A stretch of DNA of 64,000 nt from Chiloscyllium plagiosum (GCF_004010195.1 NC_057749.1:22416976-22480975), one strand, 5' to 3'; shown: positions 24,720 to 38,329, counted from the stretch's first letter. The notes: a model not told the origin generated them from the sequence alone. Translations and numbers: made by a program.

Positions 24720-25425
24720 TTTGCTAAGAAGGCATACAGTGTGTTAGCTTTTATTGGTAGATGGACTGAGATTCGGGAGGTCATTTTGCAGCTGTACAAG
24801 CTCTGGTGCGGCTGCACTTGGAGTATTGTGTACACCTCTGGTCACCACATTATAGGAGGGATGTGGAAGATTTGGAAAGGGTGCAAGGAGATTTACTAGG
24901 ATGTTGTCTGGTACAGAGGGAAAGTCTTATGTGGAAAGACTGAGGGACTTGAGGCTGTTTCATTAGATAAGTTGAGAGGTGACTTAATTGAGACATACAT
25001 GATATGCAGAGGGTTAGATAAGGTGGACAGTGGGAGCCTTCTTCCTCAGATAGTGATAGCTAACACAAGGAGACATAGCTTTAAATTGAAGGGTGATAGA
25101 CATAGAAGAAAGTGAGGGCTGCAGATGCTGGAGATCAGTGTCGAGAGTGTGGTGCTGGATGGGCACAGTGGGTAGGCGGCATCCGGGGAGCAGGAGAATC
25201 GATATTTCGAGCATAAGCCAAAGGGAGATAGATATAGGACAGATGTCAGAGGTAGTTTCTTTACTCAGAGAGTAGTCGGGGCGCAACAGTAGTAGACTCG
25301 CCAACTTTAAGGGCATTGAAATGGTCATTGGATAAACATTTGGATGAATATGGAATAGTATAGGTTAGATGGGCTTCAGATTGGTTCCACAGGTTAGCGC
25401 AACATCGAGGGACAAAGGGCCTGTA
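24720..25425 (+). mobile_element. CR1 LINE 3' fragment interrupted by a family A element
   Basis: KKAYSVLAFI...LYK..LEYCV motifs and a 3' tail ending aagggcctgt. Confidence 0.85.
25105..25220 (-). mobile_element. Family A half-element inserted in a CR1 fragment
   Basis: gaaagtgagggctgcagatgctggagatc...ttcgagcataagcc interrupts CR1 3' sequence. Confidence 0.8.
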
Positions 25426-25434
25426 ATTCTTTTC

Positions 25435-25576
25435 AGGCCTTCATTCCTGATGAAGGGCTTTTGCCTGAACCATCGATTTTCCTGCTCCTCGGATGTTGCC
25501 TGACCTCCTGTGTTTTTCCAGCACCACTCTAATCTTGACTCTGATCTCCAGCATCTGCAGTCCTCACTTTTGCCTC
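25435..25576 (+). mobile_element. Family A terminal repeat with a mutated hammerhead
   Basis: attcctgatgaagggcttttgcctgaaccatc...ccagcatctgcagtcctcacttttgcct. Confidence 0.82.
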
Positions 25577-26499
25577 TCATATACCCCTTGCCAACTCAAT
25601 GCAAATTCATCAAATTTCCACCACGGGCAAACTTCAGGAGCCATGTGGAGATGAAAAATAAATAAACTTAAAAAAAAACATACAACTCACTTGAAAGACT
25701 TGAAAACTCCTACTCATGAATGCATCAAAGCTTTATATCACCTTAAAAAGAAACATTTGCTCTTACTTCTAATTGTTAGTAGCCTCTCTGCAGATTGTCA
25801 TCACAACGTTAACTCAGAATTCTCTGCTGAGAGACCTGTAGCAAACTTAGCCAAATATTCATAGCCTTCAGGCAAAGGTCAACAATTAACTACTGAAACT
25901 ACATGCAACAACTTCTCGTGGTGCTGTGGTAGTGTCCCTGCCTCTGGATTAAGTTAAAATCCCACTTGGTCCAGAGCTGTGTGATAATGTTTCTGAACAG
26001 GCTAAAATAGGTTATTTTTTTTTAAAAAAAGCAGGCGGTTTAAGGTGTTTCAGATCATGAGAGTTACACAGAACTTAGAAACTCTGTTAAATATGTTTAC
26101 ACCTATTGATTTGTGACTCCCACCCCAAGGGGGAAGACCTCCGCATCATCCAGAATTGGACTTGTTTGAACTCAGCACTAACTTCAAGGGACCTGCGGAG
26201 GCCAGGCCGTTGAGTATTTTCAAAACAGATCGATACGTTCTTGACTGTAAAGTGGATGAAACATTACAGGGGAAAGTGGGAGAATGGGGTTGAAAATGCT
26301 TAGCAGCCACGATTGAATAGCAGTGGAGACTCGATGGGCTGAATGGCCTAATTTCTGCTCCTATGTCCTCTGGTCTTATGCAACTCCACAGATTCACTAT
26401 CTCCGAGTGAATACATTCCTCCTCATCTCCTTCTTGAATGAGTGAGCCCTTGCTGGGATTTTATGCCCCCAGTTACAGAGTCTCGCGCAAGGGAAACCA

Positions 26500-27080
26500 A
26501 AGGAACTGGCAACAATATTTATTGCAGACAAGAAAATTGGTAAGGCTGTGGACAGTGAGGCTATGAAATGATGTCGCAGGATAAAGATTAGTTGGAAATT
26601 TGGACGGAGAGGTGGCAAATTGAGTTTAAGGCAGACAGGCGTGAGATGGCGCACTTTGGGAGGTCAAAAGCAAGAAGAACGTTAGGAGACCGTGGAACAT
26701 TGATACTCAGAGGGATCCTGATGCAAGTCCATAGCTCCCTGAAAATGGCATCACAACTGGGAAAGAAAGCAAATGGCATGCTTGCTTTCGTTGGTCGCAG
26801 CGTTGAGTACAGAGGTTTGCATGTCATGTTATAACTGTTTGAGACTTTGGTTTGGAGTACTGTGTATGGTTCCCATTGCCACACGATAGGAGGGATGTGG
26901 AGGATTTGGAGAGGGTGCAAAAAGGGTTTACCAGGCATGTTGCCTGTGGTAAGCTGTGTTAAGAGTGTATTAGCTACATGGAGAGGCAGAACAAACGTGG
27001 GTTGTTTTGTTGGAATATCAGAGGCTGAGGGGTGACCAGGTGCAGCTTTATAACATTAGGAGAGGCAGAGATCTGTCAGA
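26500..27080 (+). mobile_element. CR1 LINE ORF2 fragment
   Basis: WTERWQIEF...HFGR and KKANGMLAF motifs. Confidence 0.8.
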
Positions 27081-27679
27081 AATGGGGATGTGATTTCTGC
27101 ACTGGGTCTCACTCACCATTTTAAAGAAATCCGTTCCAGTCTAACTATGGATGGTGAAACTGAGGGTGATGTGACAGAGGCTAGCATGAGAGAGAGAGAG
27201 AGAGAGAGTCATTTAACAGGAAGTTATGTTGGCGAGGACAGGTCACTAGGATTGCACGATGTGGGGTAGTTTAACAGGCAGACAGAAGAAGGCAAGAGAG
27301 GCGATCAAAGGAGGACCCTGAAATAGAGGAGGATGTTCAATCTGTCAGAAACACAATGGGAGAAGATTGTAACAAGGGCAGAGTTGAGAAATTGAGTTGT
27401 CAGGAGTTCAATGGAAATAAAGTCAAAGAGGCTAAATGTCCCATGGAGGGAGAATGAAGGGAAATTGGAGTAAAGTGAGGGTATGTTGGCAGAGGCAGAA
27501 GAATGGATGGTTTCCAAAATCAGTGAATTGGAAGCCCACTCTCACTCGTTAGAGGAGAGGGTGGAGGAGGCGGGGCGCTCAGAAGATGGTTCAGCAGAGT
27601 ACAGGAGCACCTGACATTGCATAATTTGCTGGACCACATGAAACAATGATTCATCGAGACCCTCAGACCATCAGATGGA

Positions 27680-28320
27680 GGAGCGGAAGTAGGCCATTCA
27701 GCCCATTGAGAGTGCTCTGCTATTCAATGAAATCAGTGCTGATCTGATAATCCTTAACTCCACTCTCCTGCCTTTTCTCCATAACCCCGATCCCCTCAAT
27801 GATTAAAAATCTGTCTCTCTCAGCCTTGAACATACCTAAAGAGCCAGGCTTGACAGCCCTCTGTGGTAAAGAATTCCACATAATCACTACCTTCAAAGAG
27901 CAGAAATTCTTCCTCAACTCTGTCTTTGATGGATAACCCCTTATTCTGAGGTAATGCCCTGTCCTGCAAGGGAAAACAATTGCTCTCTATCTGCCCTGTC
28001 AAGCCCCCTAAGAATCTGATACAATTAAATAAGGATTCCTCTCATTTTTCTAAACTCCAGTGAGTACATTCCCAATCTAAACACTTTTCTATAAAAAAAA
28101 CTAACCTATTTTGCTAATCAAGAGATGTTATTACACACCTCTTGAGCAGGTAGGACTTGAACGCAGGCCTCCCAGTCCAGGGATAGGGACACTACCACTG
28201 TGCCAGGAGAGGAGCCAATCTACGCAACATCTCCTCATAAGAAAATCCTTCCATAGTTGGGATGAAACTTCTTTCGACTGTCACCAATGCTAATATCTTT
28301 CCACATACAATGGGATCAAA
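27680..28320 (-). mobile_element. CR1 LINE 3' end with an inserted short tRNA-like SINE (about 28115-28205)
   Basis: MRKNF...WNSLPQRAV...FKAERDRFL on the minus strand. Confidence 0.8.
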
Positions 28321-28494
28321 ACTCTTTGCTATATTCTTGGTGTGGTTAAACTGATGGCTTGAATAATTTAGAATTAGAATTAGATTCCCTACAGTGTGGA
28401 AACAGGCCCTTCGGCCCAACAAGTCCACACCGACTCTCCGCAGAGTAACCCATTCCCCAACATTTAACCCCTGACTAATGCACCTGACTAACCT

Positions 28495-28695
28495 AGGCGA
28501 AAGTGAGGACTGCAGATCATGGAGTTTAGGGTCGAGAGTGTGGTGCTGGAAAAGCACAGCTGGTCAGGTAGCATCCGAGGAGCAGGAGAGTAGACGTTTC
28601 GGGCAATAGCCCTTCATCAGGAATGAAGGGTTTTTGTCCAAAATCTCGGCTCTCCTGCTCCTCCCTGTCCTGCTGTGCTTTTCCAGCAACACACT
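28495..28695. mobile_element. Family A inverted element nested in an HE1 SINE; minus-strand hammerhead intact
   Basis: gacgtttcgggcaatagcccttcatcaggaat is the reverse complement of an intact core. SINE sequence resumes on both sides. Confidence 0.85.
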
Positions 28696-29865
28696 CTAAT
28701 GCGCCTAACCTGAAGAGCCCTGAACACTATGGGCAATTTAGCATGGTCAATTAACCTAACCTGCACCTCTTTGGATTGAGAGGGGAAACTGGAGCACCCG
28801 AAGGAAAGCCACGAAGACACAGGGAGAATGTGCAAACTCCACACAGACTGTCACCCAAGGTTGGGATCGAACCCAGGTACCTGGCACTGTGAGGCAGCAG
28901 TGCTAACCACTGAGCCACCGTGCCGCCCGCTAGACAAGCTAGCAAGACGTTTTTCTTCACTCCATCACTTTGAAATAAAGGGCAACATTTTATTTGCTTG
29001 CCCTATTACTGACTGAACTTGATTAATATTTGGCCTGTCCGGGGGTAGACTTTGCAATCACACAAATGATCTTAGGTTCAAAGTCCCAAAGGATATAAAT
29101 TCTATCCTGAATCAAGGTGAAACCTTTCTGAAAGGACAATATAAATTTTGGGACGTGTTCTGTTGATCAGATCTTCCAGATACAGACCCCTGGGTGGGGT
29201 GCAGCAGTGTTTAGACACAGAGCCATTATCCATGGCCAGGGGAGAAATAGCAGAAAGGTTCTGACGAGTGTCAGATTCTCAAAGACTCCTTCTTCCCAGT
29301 CAGAAACTTCCACCAATGTCAATGTATCTGAGACCAGCCATTTGAGCATCCAATGAGTTCATGAACTTGCTGTTCTCACACTCCTTTTTATCTTTTTCAT
29401 TCATTCACAGGATAAGGGCATCAATTTCTAAGCCAGCATTTAGTGCCCACTGCCCTAGAGGGCAGTTCAAGAGTCAACCACATCACTGTGGGTCTGGAGT
29501 CACATGTAGGTCAGACCAGGTAAGGATTGCAGCTTCCTTCCCTGAAGGACATGAGTGAACCAGATGGGTTTTTACGACAATGGTTTCATGGTCGCTCTTA
29601 ATTCCAGATTTGTAATGAATTCAAAGTGCACCATCTGTTACGGCAGGATTTGAACCTGGATCCTGAGGATATTATCTGTGTCTCTGGACTAACAGGCCAG
29701 CGATCATACCACTAGGCCATCATGGCTCCTGTAAGTGCAGTTCTCTTTTGAACACCTTTCCTTGAGGAGCATTTAGATATGGGTCATAAATACTGCCACG
29801 TCCCCATGAACGAGAAAGAGATGCTTTGTCATTATGCCTCCCTTTGCTTCAGGGCTGTAGCTTAC

Positions 29866-30252
29866 CTAGTTCTGTCATTGAGACAGTGGGAGAGCTTTCA
29901 CCGTTTGTGAAGGAGCAGTATGGAAAAAAGTCAGGGACCGCTGCGTATTCACATATGGGCTCCTGTTTAATACCATTGATGTCTAGACCGGACTGGTCTG
30001 GGGATGGCTGAATGTCCAGATAGAAGTTGTTCATTCCTGAGTCAGCTTTGCCCACTTCTGGAGTGTGCCCATCCATGTAAAGGTTGCTGAGGTCATTGTT
30101 CAGTTCTGTCAGCCCATTGTACGTTGGAGTCAGGGGTTCTGCTTCCCCAGGTTGCTGCTGGTGGTCTCGCTGTTGCTGCTGCAGACGATGTTTCTGGACC
30201 TCAGCATACAGGCTGTCTCTCTGCTTCTTGGACATCCGACCAAACTTGACAG
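29866..30252 (-). CDS. RORA: RORA exon, C-terminal extension and hinge ([22 protein letters not shown]...SPTVSMTEL)
   Basis: Hinge motifs [20 protein letters not shown] and [11 protein letters not shown] are RORA-specific. CAG acceptor, G|GTAAG donor. 387 nt, phase 1-1. Confidence 0.97.
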
Positions 30253-30410
30253 CTGCAAGAAAGCACACAAACCTCTGAATGAGGCACCGTCTCCGGCTTG
30301 TCTGCAGAACAGAGCTAATCTCATCACCATCGGCTGCACTGAAGTACACTTTGGGAAACAGGGAGTTTATATGATGCTCCTCTAATAACATCTCACCAGG
30401 TTATAAATAA

Positions 30411-30745
30411 ACATATATACACACACACACACACACGTACACACTCACCTGCGCGCGTACACACACACACACATACATGCACACGCACAAAGACACACAC
30501 ATATACATGCGTGCACGCACACACACTCGCACAAACACATATGTACACTTGTCTGAGTGTACACACACACACAGGTACACACTCGCCTGTGCGCACGCAC
30601 AAAGACACACACATATACATGCGTGCACGCACACACACACGCACTCTTATGTGAGAGTGTGCACGCACACACACACACACACTTATGTCAGAGTGTGCAC
30701 GCACACACACACTTATGTGAGAGTGTGCACGCACACACATGTAAG

Positions 30746-30800
<55 letters not shown>

Positions 30801-30821
30801 CTCTCCCCCCCCCCCCCCCCC
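30411..30821. repeat. Compound (CA)n microsatellite plus poly-C
   Basis: Direct inspection. Confidence 0.95.
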
Positions 30822-31214
30822 GGGTGGATCACCAGCGAACTCTGAAACAGCAATGGTCATCATGGAATTCCCCTTGCTCTTGCTCTGAACATCCTTCCCC
30901 TCCCACCACTTAAAGCCTCCCCACCAACCCCCACCTCAACTCTCCCCAGTCTTGCTGAAGAATCCCAAAAATGTTCAAACTGGGTTATAGAGGGCAGGAA
31001 TTTAGGAAGCACAGCAATAGAGAATCTCATCTGAAACTAGCTTCAAGGTTTTAAGGACATTAAATCCATTAATAACTAGTGTGTAATTTTGAGTATGTGG
31101 AGCTTTGATTGCACTTACAACAGTTCCTTGCTGTTATTTCAAATCTTGATAGAAAATTTGATAAGAATTGGGGAAAAATTCCACAATCTATGTCCCATAG
31201 TCCTGAGCATACGC

Positions 31215-31725
31215 TCAACAGTGAAGGACTGAGGGTGCAGTGTCTTTCAGATGAGATGTTAAATTGACACTCCATTCCCAGTCTCTCAGAAAAACACTGA
31301 CGTGCTATTTAACAGAACAGTGCAGAGTTCCACCCAACATCCTTGTCAATATTAAATCCCACAACGCCAGGTTATAGTTCAACAGGTTTATTCGGAACAC
31401 TGCTCTTTCATCGGGTAGCTAGTGGGGCAGGATCATAGGACACAGAAAATCTGAGTACAATAACCTGGTGTTGTGTGATTTTTAACTTTGTCCACTCCAG
31501 TCCAACACCGGCACCTCCACATCAATACTAAACGTTTAAGTAACATGGTTAAAAATATATATTTGCCCATTTATTGCTTTGCAGTTTGTGAGAGCTGGCT
31601 GTGAGCAAATTGGTTGCAACATTTTGTTCATGACACAGCAATCATGAAAACTCAGAAAATACTTCATTGATTAGAAAGTGCTTAGGAACTGCACAACTTG
31701 GTAAAAGTGCGATATAAATAAAAGT
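31215..31725 (+). mobile_element. Decayed DeuSINE-like (AmnSINE1/SacSINE1-type) element, split by a family B insert
   Basis: tgagggtgcagtgtctttcagatgagatgttaaa and gtttgtgagagctggctgtgagcaaattggttgc resemble the Deu domain from memory; no alignment was run. Confidence 0.6.
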
Positions 31726-34535
31726 CACACTTTGAGCTTGGAAGTAGTCAGAAACCCCGAAGGTTGAATGTTTACCATTTGCAAAACTTACAAGGAACTA
31801 TTGCCCATGAGCATGAGGAGTGTCACTGAGAGACAGGTTTATCGACTGTCATGATTCATTTCGACGCTATCTGCTTATTGTTCCTCTTCTCTCCTGGTTC
31901 TTCCTGGGACCAGACTTCGAGAAGCCTCCAGTATCTCATCAATTCTTCACGCAGGAACCTTGACACGGAATGGTGCCCAGTCCAACGGGCAGCACGGCCA
32001 AAGTCCAATTCTGGGATCTCACCAGACTCTCACTGAACTGTGACCTGACGATGTCAGAGCAGAAACAGACCATTCAGCCCCTGGAGTCCACTCTGCCATT
32101 CAATGAAGTTGATGCTCCAGGCAGAACTTTATTGTCTTAATCATCTTTAGGCTAATTCCTGTGGCATTCTTTATTTCAGTTTGAAGAACAAAAGCAAAGA
32201 TATCTGGCCAGTATAAAGACAGTACATTAGTAGATACAGCAGGTGAGATTTGACCTTTCTCAGAGAGGGGAGGGTGTTGGATAGAAATCTAATTGGTCCA
32301 TTCACTCTGTCCTAGCCCGCCAAACATTAGAAGGCCAATTAGTAGCCATCCAGCAGCCAGGAGGCCCATAAAAGGGACCAGGGCTGGGGGGTAGGGCTCA
32401 ATGTCCAGCCAAGGATTGTAGGCCAGGAGGCCAAAAACAGAGAGGTCATGCCACATAGAGGGTGTTGGTCACAGTTACAGGTTTAAGGGTCCGTGGCTCT
32501 CCGAGTCTTTAATTTTTCACAGCAGAAAATGTAAACAAGTGAGATTAAACAAGGTCAGGAGTCACATAACATCAGGTTACAGTTCAACAGGTTTATTTGA
32601 AATCACAAGCTCTCGGAGCGCTGCTCCTTGGTCAGGTGGAATCAGGATTTCTGACCTTGTCCTCCCCAGTCCAACGCTGGCGCTTCCAAATGAGATTAAA
32701 CAACCATTTGGACTGCTGCCATGGTCCAGGTGGTAGGCATTTTCAACTCCCCTCGTGCCACAACACTCCCCCACTCTGACGCCCAATCAAATGTAGTGGG
32801 GCATTGAAATAAAAAGAACTGCAGGCGATTGGATGTTTGGGTTGTTAGCAAACCCAGTCACCAGTTGGCCATCTCAAAATGAGCCGCTGATTTCTACCGC
32901 TCCACTCATGCTGTGTGGTTTCAGAGGTTGGCATGATGACCATGTCCTGCCAACCTGATGCTATCGCGCCTGCTTGTGGCAGTGAAAGTAACGTCTGGCC
33001 CTGCAGCCAAACGTTGAGTGCCTGCCTTCAGGTAGCAAGAATGCAGGGGTAGAGGCGGAGACCATTTTCTCTGAATACAACTCAAGTCTGGAGACATTGC
33101 CTGGTAATAGGAATGTGCTCATTTTGTGCTGTATTGAAGCCAATGGGTACCTTGCTTATGTTAGCCCGGTATTAGCATCTGGTGCCACGAGTTAATTAGG
33201 TTTAGACAAATGTTCACTAAGAATTCTGCATTGATGGTTCTTCTCTGCATGAACAGTACCTAATCCAAACAGGATGGCCAGTTCCTATATTCCTTCATCT
33301 CTCTCTCCCTCCATCATCTGCACCCATCTAAACGCTTCCTCAATGTCCACCTGCTGTTTGGAACAAATGCATTTCACAACCCAGGAAAACAATTCACCAC
33401 TTCTCTCACCTAAAACATTTACTTTTACACCCTCTCTGTTCGACTTCATTGCAAATTTAATTGCAGGTTTGACTGCACATCATCAGCAGTGTTCATGAAA
33501 AGTCTTACCTGTGACGTTCCTTGAGGGTGTTTAAAGCAAGAGGAATAATAGTATATTTTCTGTTAAAGTGAGGTAGGATTTCATAGTGATTCGATGGTGT
33601 GAGTTGGTCTGCATTGTGCAAAATCACACCTACAATTTGACTGTATTTGATAAACTTTACACATAACGTTTCCGGGAAAATAAAAACAGAAGCAAAGTTT
33701 GGAAAGTAGCCTTTATTTGTAGAAAGAATGTGCACCTTACACACCTCCTTGTGTGTATACAGTCCCACACACACACACAAACATCAACATGGACTCCACA
33801 CAGGTTTAAAGTTTGTAACAATCTGATGTTATACATTTGCTGAATTGATGATCCAGGTTTTAGATCTGATAAGATATGAGGGGTATGTAGCATTCGAGAT
33901 ATCGTTAATATCACTGTACAACCAGAGTTAATCATCATGGTTATCCCTGCAGGCTAGGAGGGAGAGTGTTTCTGGTGGGTCACACGGCCAGTGAAGTTAA
34001 CTTTAACACGAGCAAGGGTTCCCCTGTTGTGTGAGGCAATTGAAGCTTTGGAAAAGTTTGGAAACTGAATTAAGCGCCCCGCAGTCTGACAATATCATCC
34101 TGGCTCAGGTTGGGCGGGGGACATTTGGGGGTCTCACATATCTCCAAAAATCTTATTCACAATGATCGTTGCACTTGTATAGATAGCTTTAATCAACCCG
34201 ACATGAAACACTTTTGGAGATGAGTCATCCAAGTCCCAGAGGGCTGCTCTCCCATTAGAGAGAGATGGCTGGTTGGCGGTTTAACCTGAGGGTCAAAGTG
34301 CCTCAGGTGAGGGGAGAGGTTGAGAAGGAGGGTCTTTGCAGGTAACCTCAGCCAGTGCGGGAATTGAACCCACACTGATGGCATTGCTCTGCATCCAACC
34401 AACCCTCCATGCCACAGGAGTCAGTAGAACTTGAATCTGGGCATCCTGGCTCAGAGGTAGGGACACTACCACCGCACCACAAGAGTTCCCATCTTACTAA
34501 TATTCATTACATGATAGCCATAATATAATGAACTA

Positions 34536-34753
34536 CAGGTTGCTATGCTATAATGCGTTTCCTTTAATGCGAATTCACTGTAATGCGATTGATGAATTGG
34601 GGACATTGTTTCTACAGTGTGAACTTTTAAAACGTGTGTTGGTGGGAATGCGATTACATTGCCAACACTTTAAACACTGTTTCTAAAGCATGATTTTTCT
34701 GTAACACGGGGTTGTACGAGAACACAACCATTGTGTTATAGAAGAAGCACCTA
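34536..34753. mobile_element. Tc1/mariner (Tigger-like) MITE
   Basis: Imperfect terminal inverted repeats caggttgctatgctataatgcg / tgtgttatagaagaagcaccta, flanked by TA on both sides. Confidence 0.7.
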
Positions 34754-34816
34754 TACATTATGTTAGATAAGAGCTGCTTCTAGTTCAGGCTAACTGGTGG
34801 TTTATATAAACAGGAA

Positions 34817-35025
34817 TCGAGAGTGTGGTGCTGGAAAAGCGCAGCAGGTCAGGCAGCATCCGAGGAGCACGAGAATCGACGTTTTGGGAATGGCCCATCC
34901 TCATGAAGGGCTTTTGCCCGAAACGTCGATTCTCCTGCTCCTCGGATACTGCCTGACCTGCTGCGCCTTTCCAGCACCACTCTCTCAACTCTGACCTCCA
35001 GCATCTTCAGCCCTCACTTTCTCCT
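34817..35025. mobile_element. Family A inverted element (cores mutated)
   Basis: Reverse-complement arms. The plus-strand core reads ctcatgaagggcttttgcccgaaacgtc. Confidence 0.85.
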
Positions 35026-36675
35026 AGTTTATGCAAACCAACCCTTTGGCCCTGTTAATTGGGTGGCAACACCCTTCCAATACCACGTTCCTGATTGGTC
35101 AACCTGATGTTTTCTCTCAAGTAACATACACTGGAAAGAAATTTAGACAGAAAGTATTTAATTACGATATTTATTCAGTTCTGCTTGCTTGCACCAGAAC
35201 AAGCCAAGACGCACACTCACAAAAACACACACAATCCAATTATTTTCCATGAAATAGGAGAGATTCCCATTGTGAGCTCCCAACCTTTGGCAAGTGTGAG
35301 GAAAACAGGAGCAGATTTAAATAAAACAGAAAATTCAGGAAATATTGGGCCATTCTGGCAGCATTTGTGAAAAGAGGGGACGAAGGAGCAGCGCTCCGAA
35401 AGCTTGTGTTTTTATGTAAGCCTGTTGGACTATAACCCGGTGGCGGGTGTCTTCTCTCTTTGCCCACCCCAGTCTGATACCGGCACATCATTGGTAGACT
35501 GGGAGTTGCTCAGCCCATGTGACCGTTTTAATCTCGGGAGAGAGGAAGGGATATATCAGAAAGACCAAACGGGAAGGTCTGTGATAGGCTGGTGAGGGGT
35601 AAGCAGTGAGGAGAGATTAAATGGCAAAAGGATGATAAGGGAAAGAGAGCTGGCAAGATGCACCAGGAGGAGATATAAACGTGAAAATGATCACCAGCAA
35701 CTGCTTCTACCACCGCCTCCCTCAACACAACAAAAAATGTGAGGGGTCTGACCTAATGTTGATGGACTCACGGAGTTTGGAAGCTGTAAAATGCCGAGTG
35801 CTAAGATTTGGATGTTTCTCAGATTTCCAACAAGTTTCACCGGAACAGTGTTGGAGGTCAAGGATAGAAAGTTGGGAGTGGGGGAGGGGGTGGTGGTGTG
35901 AGGGAGGTGAGGACGGTGGAGTGTGACAGAAAAGTAAATGGACAAGGCTGAAAGCTTATGGTCATCCCTGTGGAGTGAACGGAGATGGTCAGCGAAGCAA
36001 CTGACCAATCCCAATGGACAGCAGACTACCTGATGGGTAGTAAATATTAAATTGGAAGAAATCCACAAGTGCCCAATAAATCACTGTTTCAACAGGAAGG
36101 GCTGTTCTGGAACTTAGGTGATAAGAAGCTAGAAGGTAAAAGGGCAGAGATCAATGAGATCATGGATGCTCTGATAATCCTTAACTCCAGTGTCCTGTTT
36201 TTTACCCATAATTCCCTTATTGATTAAAAACCTGTCTCTCTCAGCCTTGGATATACCGAATGACCCAGCCTCGACAGCCCTCTGTTGTGAAGAATTCCAC
36301 AGATCCAGTCTCTCTGAGAGAGAAAACAATCCTCCTCACTTCTTTCTTTTAAAGGTGTTGCACCCCTGAGGCAATCCCCAATCTGACCCAAGAGTCATCA
36401 ATTTAGGGCGGCTCAGTGGTTAGCATTGCTGCCCCACGGCGCCAGGGACCTAGGTTCGATTCCAGCCTCAGTCTACGTGGAATTTACATGTTCTTCCTGA
36501 GTCTGCGTGGGTTTGCTCTGGTTTCCTTCCACAGATTAGGTGGATTGGCCCTGGTCAATTAGTGTGTAGGTTAGCCATGGGAAATGCAGGGTCATGGAGA
36601 TAGGATAGGGGTCTGAGTCAGGGTTGGTTGCCCTTCAGGGGGTTGGTGAGACTCGATGGGCTGAGCGACCTCTTT

Positions 36676-36867
36676 GATTAGAGTGGTGCTGAGAAAGCAC
36701 AGCCGGTCAGGCAGCATCCGAGGAACAGGAAAAGTCATCCTGATGAAGGGCTTTTGCCCGAAACATCAATTTTTCCTGCTCCTCGGATGCTGCCTGACCT
36801 GCTGTGCTTTTTCAGCACCACTCTAATCTAGACTCTGATTTCCAGCATCTGCAGACCTCACTCTTGC
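36676..36867. mobile_element. Family A inverted element nested in an HE1 SINE tail
   Basis: Perfect 15-bp TSD ctgagcgacctcttt at 36661-36675 and 36868-36882. Confidence 0.9.
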
Positions 36868-38171
36868 CTGAGCGACCTCTTTCCACCCTGTAAGAATTCT
36901 ACAGGCTTTGAACATTGTTTCTCACTGCACAGAGATGGATAGACCTGTGAGTACTTCCAGCATTTTTCTGTTTTGTCTATATCTGCCCTCAGATTCCGAA
37001 CTCAGCTGTACTTGGAAGGCCAAGACTAAAGTTCGGGTCGTAAGCGCTGAATCGGGTAAACAGAGGAGTACCACCTGCAGTCTGTTGGCACTGCATGCCC
37101 AACGGGCAAAATGATGTCACATCTCACCAACTGGCTCAGTGTTTGCCAACACTGTGGGAGGATGAAAATGGGCAAACTCTCGGGGGTTTTGACAAACCCA
37201 GTCTTGGACCTACGGCAGACCCCAGTGGCTCATGCCAAGAGCAACTCTTCTCCCCCATGAGAACACCAGCTCTTCGAAGGCTGGCAGGAGCTGGCCACTG
37301 GGCGGTCTACACTGCGGGCTCCCCCTTTCCGCATCCCATGCTGTCTCCTCTCTACCTCTGCCGCAGCCATCTCGTCTCCTCCGGACCCGAATCTGGGAAA
37401 GGGGAAATAAACCATCATATTAATAATAATAACATCCACTCAATTCACAACACAACATGTCAAAATTCACTTGGCCAAATTCGAACGGGAGAACCTGCCA
37501 AGGCGGGAAGAGACTTGGAGGCCATTTTTCACAGTCTCTGCTAACAATCCATTCCCCCAATGTCACAGCAGAGATGCAGATTATGTTTAGAGTACAGGTA
37601 TCACCCCCGCTATCCAAAAGTAGAGCGTCCCTACGAAACCTTTCATAAGCCAAAAAGAGAAGAAGCATGAATTTATATGGGAAAAATTCCACAGGTATTA
37701 TGGGTAGGCAGTCATTTGAAGTGCTCACCATTTCCACAGTGACATCAGCCTCCCTTCAAAGCCAGCCTGTGGGGGCGGGGGACATTGTCTGTTGACATGG
37801 CAGGTTTATAGACTCTCATAGCACAGGAGAACAGTTGGCCAATTGTCTATCCCCTGCCTCAGCTCATCCTGACACTGAGATCCTCAGCTATGCCTTTGTT
37901 AACTCTTGACTTGACCAATTCAAAGCTCCTCCATGTTCTAGCCTGAAAATTCACCCATTCACCCCTATGTTTGCTGGCCTACGTTGTTAAAGATGCTTAA
38001 TAAATGCGTGCTCCTGTCATTGTCGTGCTGACCCTTTGAAAAAGCAGCCTGTTGGAGGGCAGTGTCTGTCCAGGCACATTCCGAAGGGCAGGGAGAGACG
38101 GGTGATAAATGCTGACCTTACCAGTGACGCTCATGTCTCACAAAGCAAGCTCTTGCTGCCTTTCACTTTTC

Positions 38172-38329
38172 TAGGAGAGAGCGAGGACTGCAGAATGATT
38201 CCTGATGAAGGGCTTATGCCCGAAACGTCGATTCTCCTGCTCCTCGGATGCTGCCTGGACCTGCTGTGCTTTTCCAGCACTACACTCTCGACTCTGATCT
38301 CCAGCACCTGCAGTCCTCACTTTCTCCTA
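38172..38329. mobile_element. Family A element with an intact plus-strand hammerhead
   Basis: CTGATGA 38202-38208, GGGC-ttat-GCCC, GAAA 38222-38225, GTC 38227-38229. Short inverted left terminus. Confidence 0.88.

Noticed and set aside
29866..30252. Assignment to RORB or RORC
   Set aside because: Hinge and C-terminal sequences ([38 protein letters not shown]) are RORA-type; a formal phylogeny was not run.
30393..30913. Cys/Val-rich and His/Thr-rich ORFs
   Set aside because: Translations of a (CA)n microsatellite.
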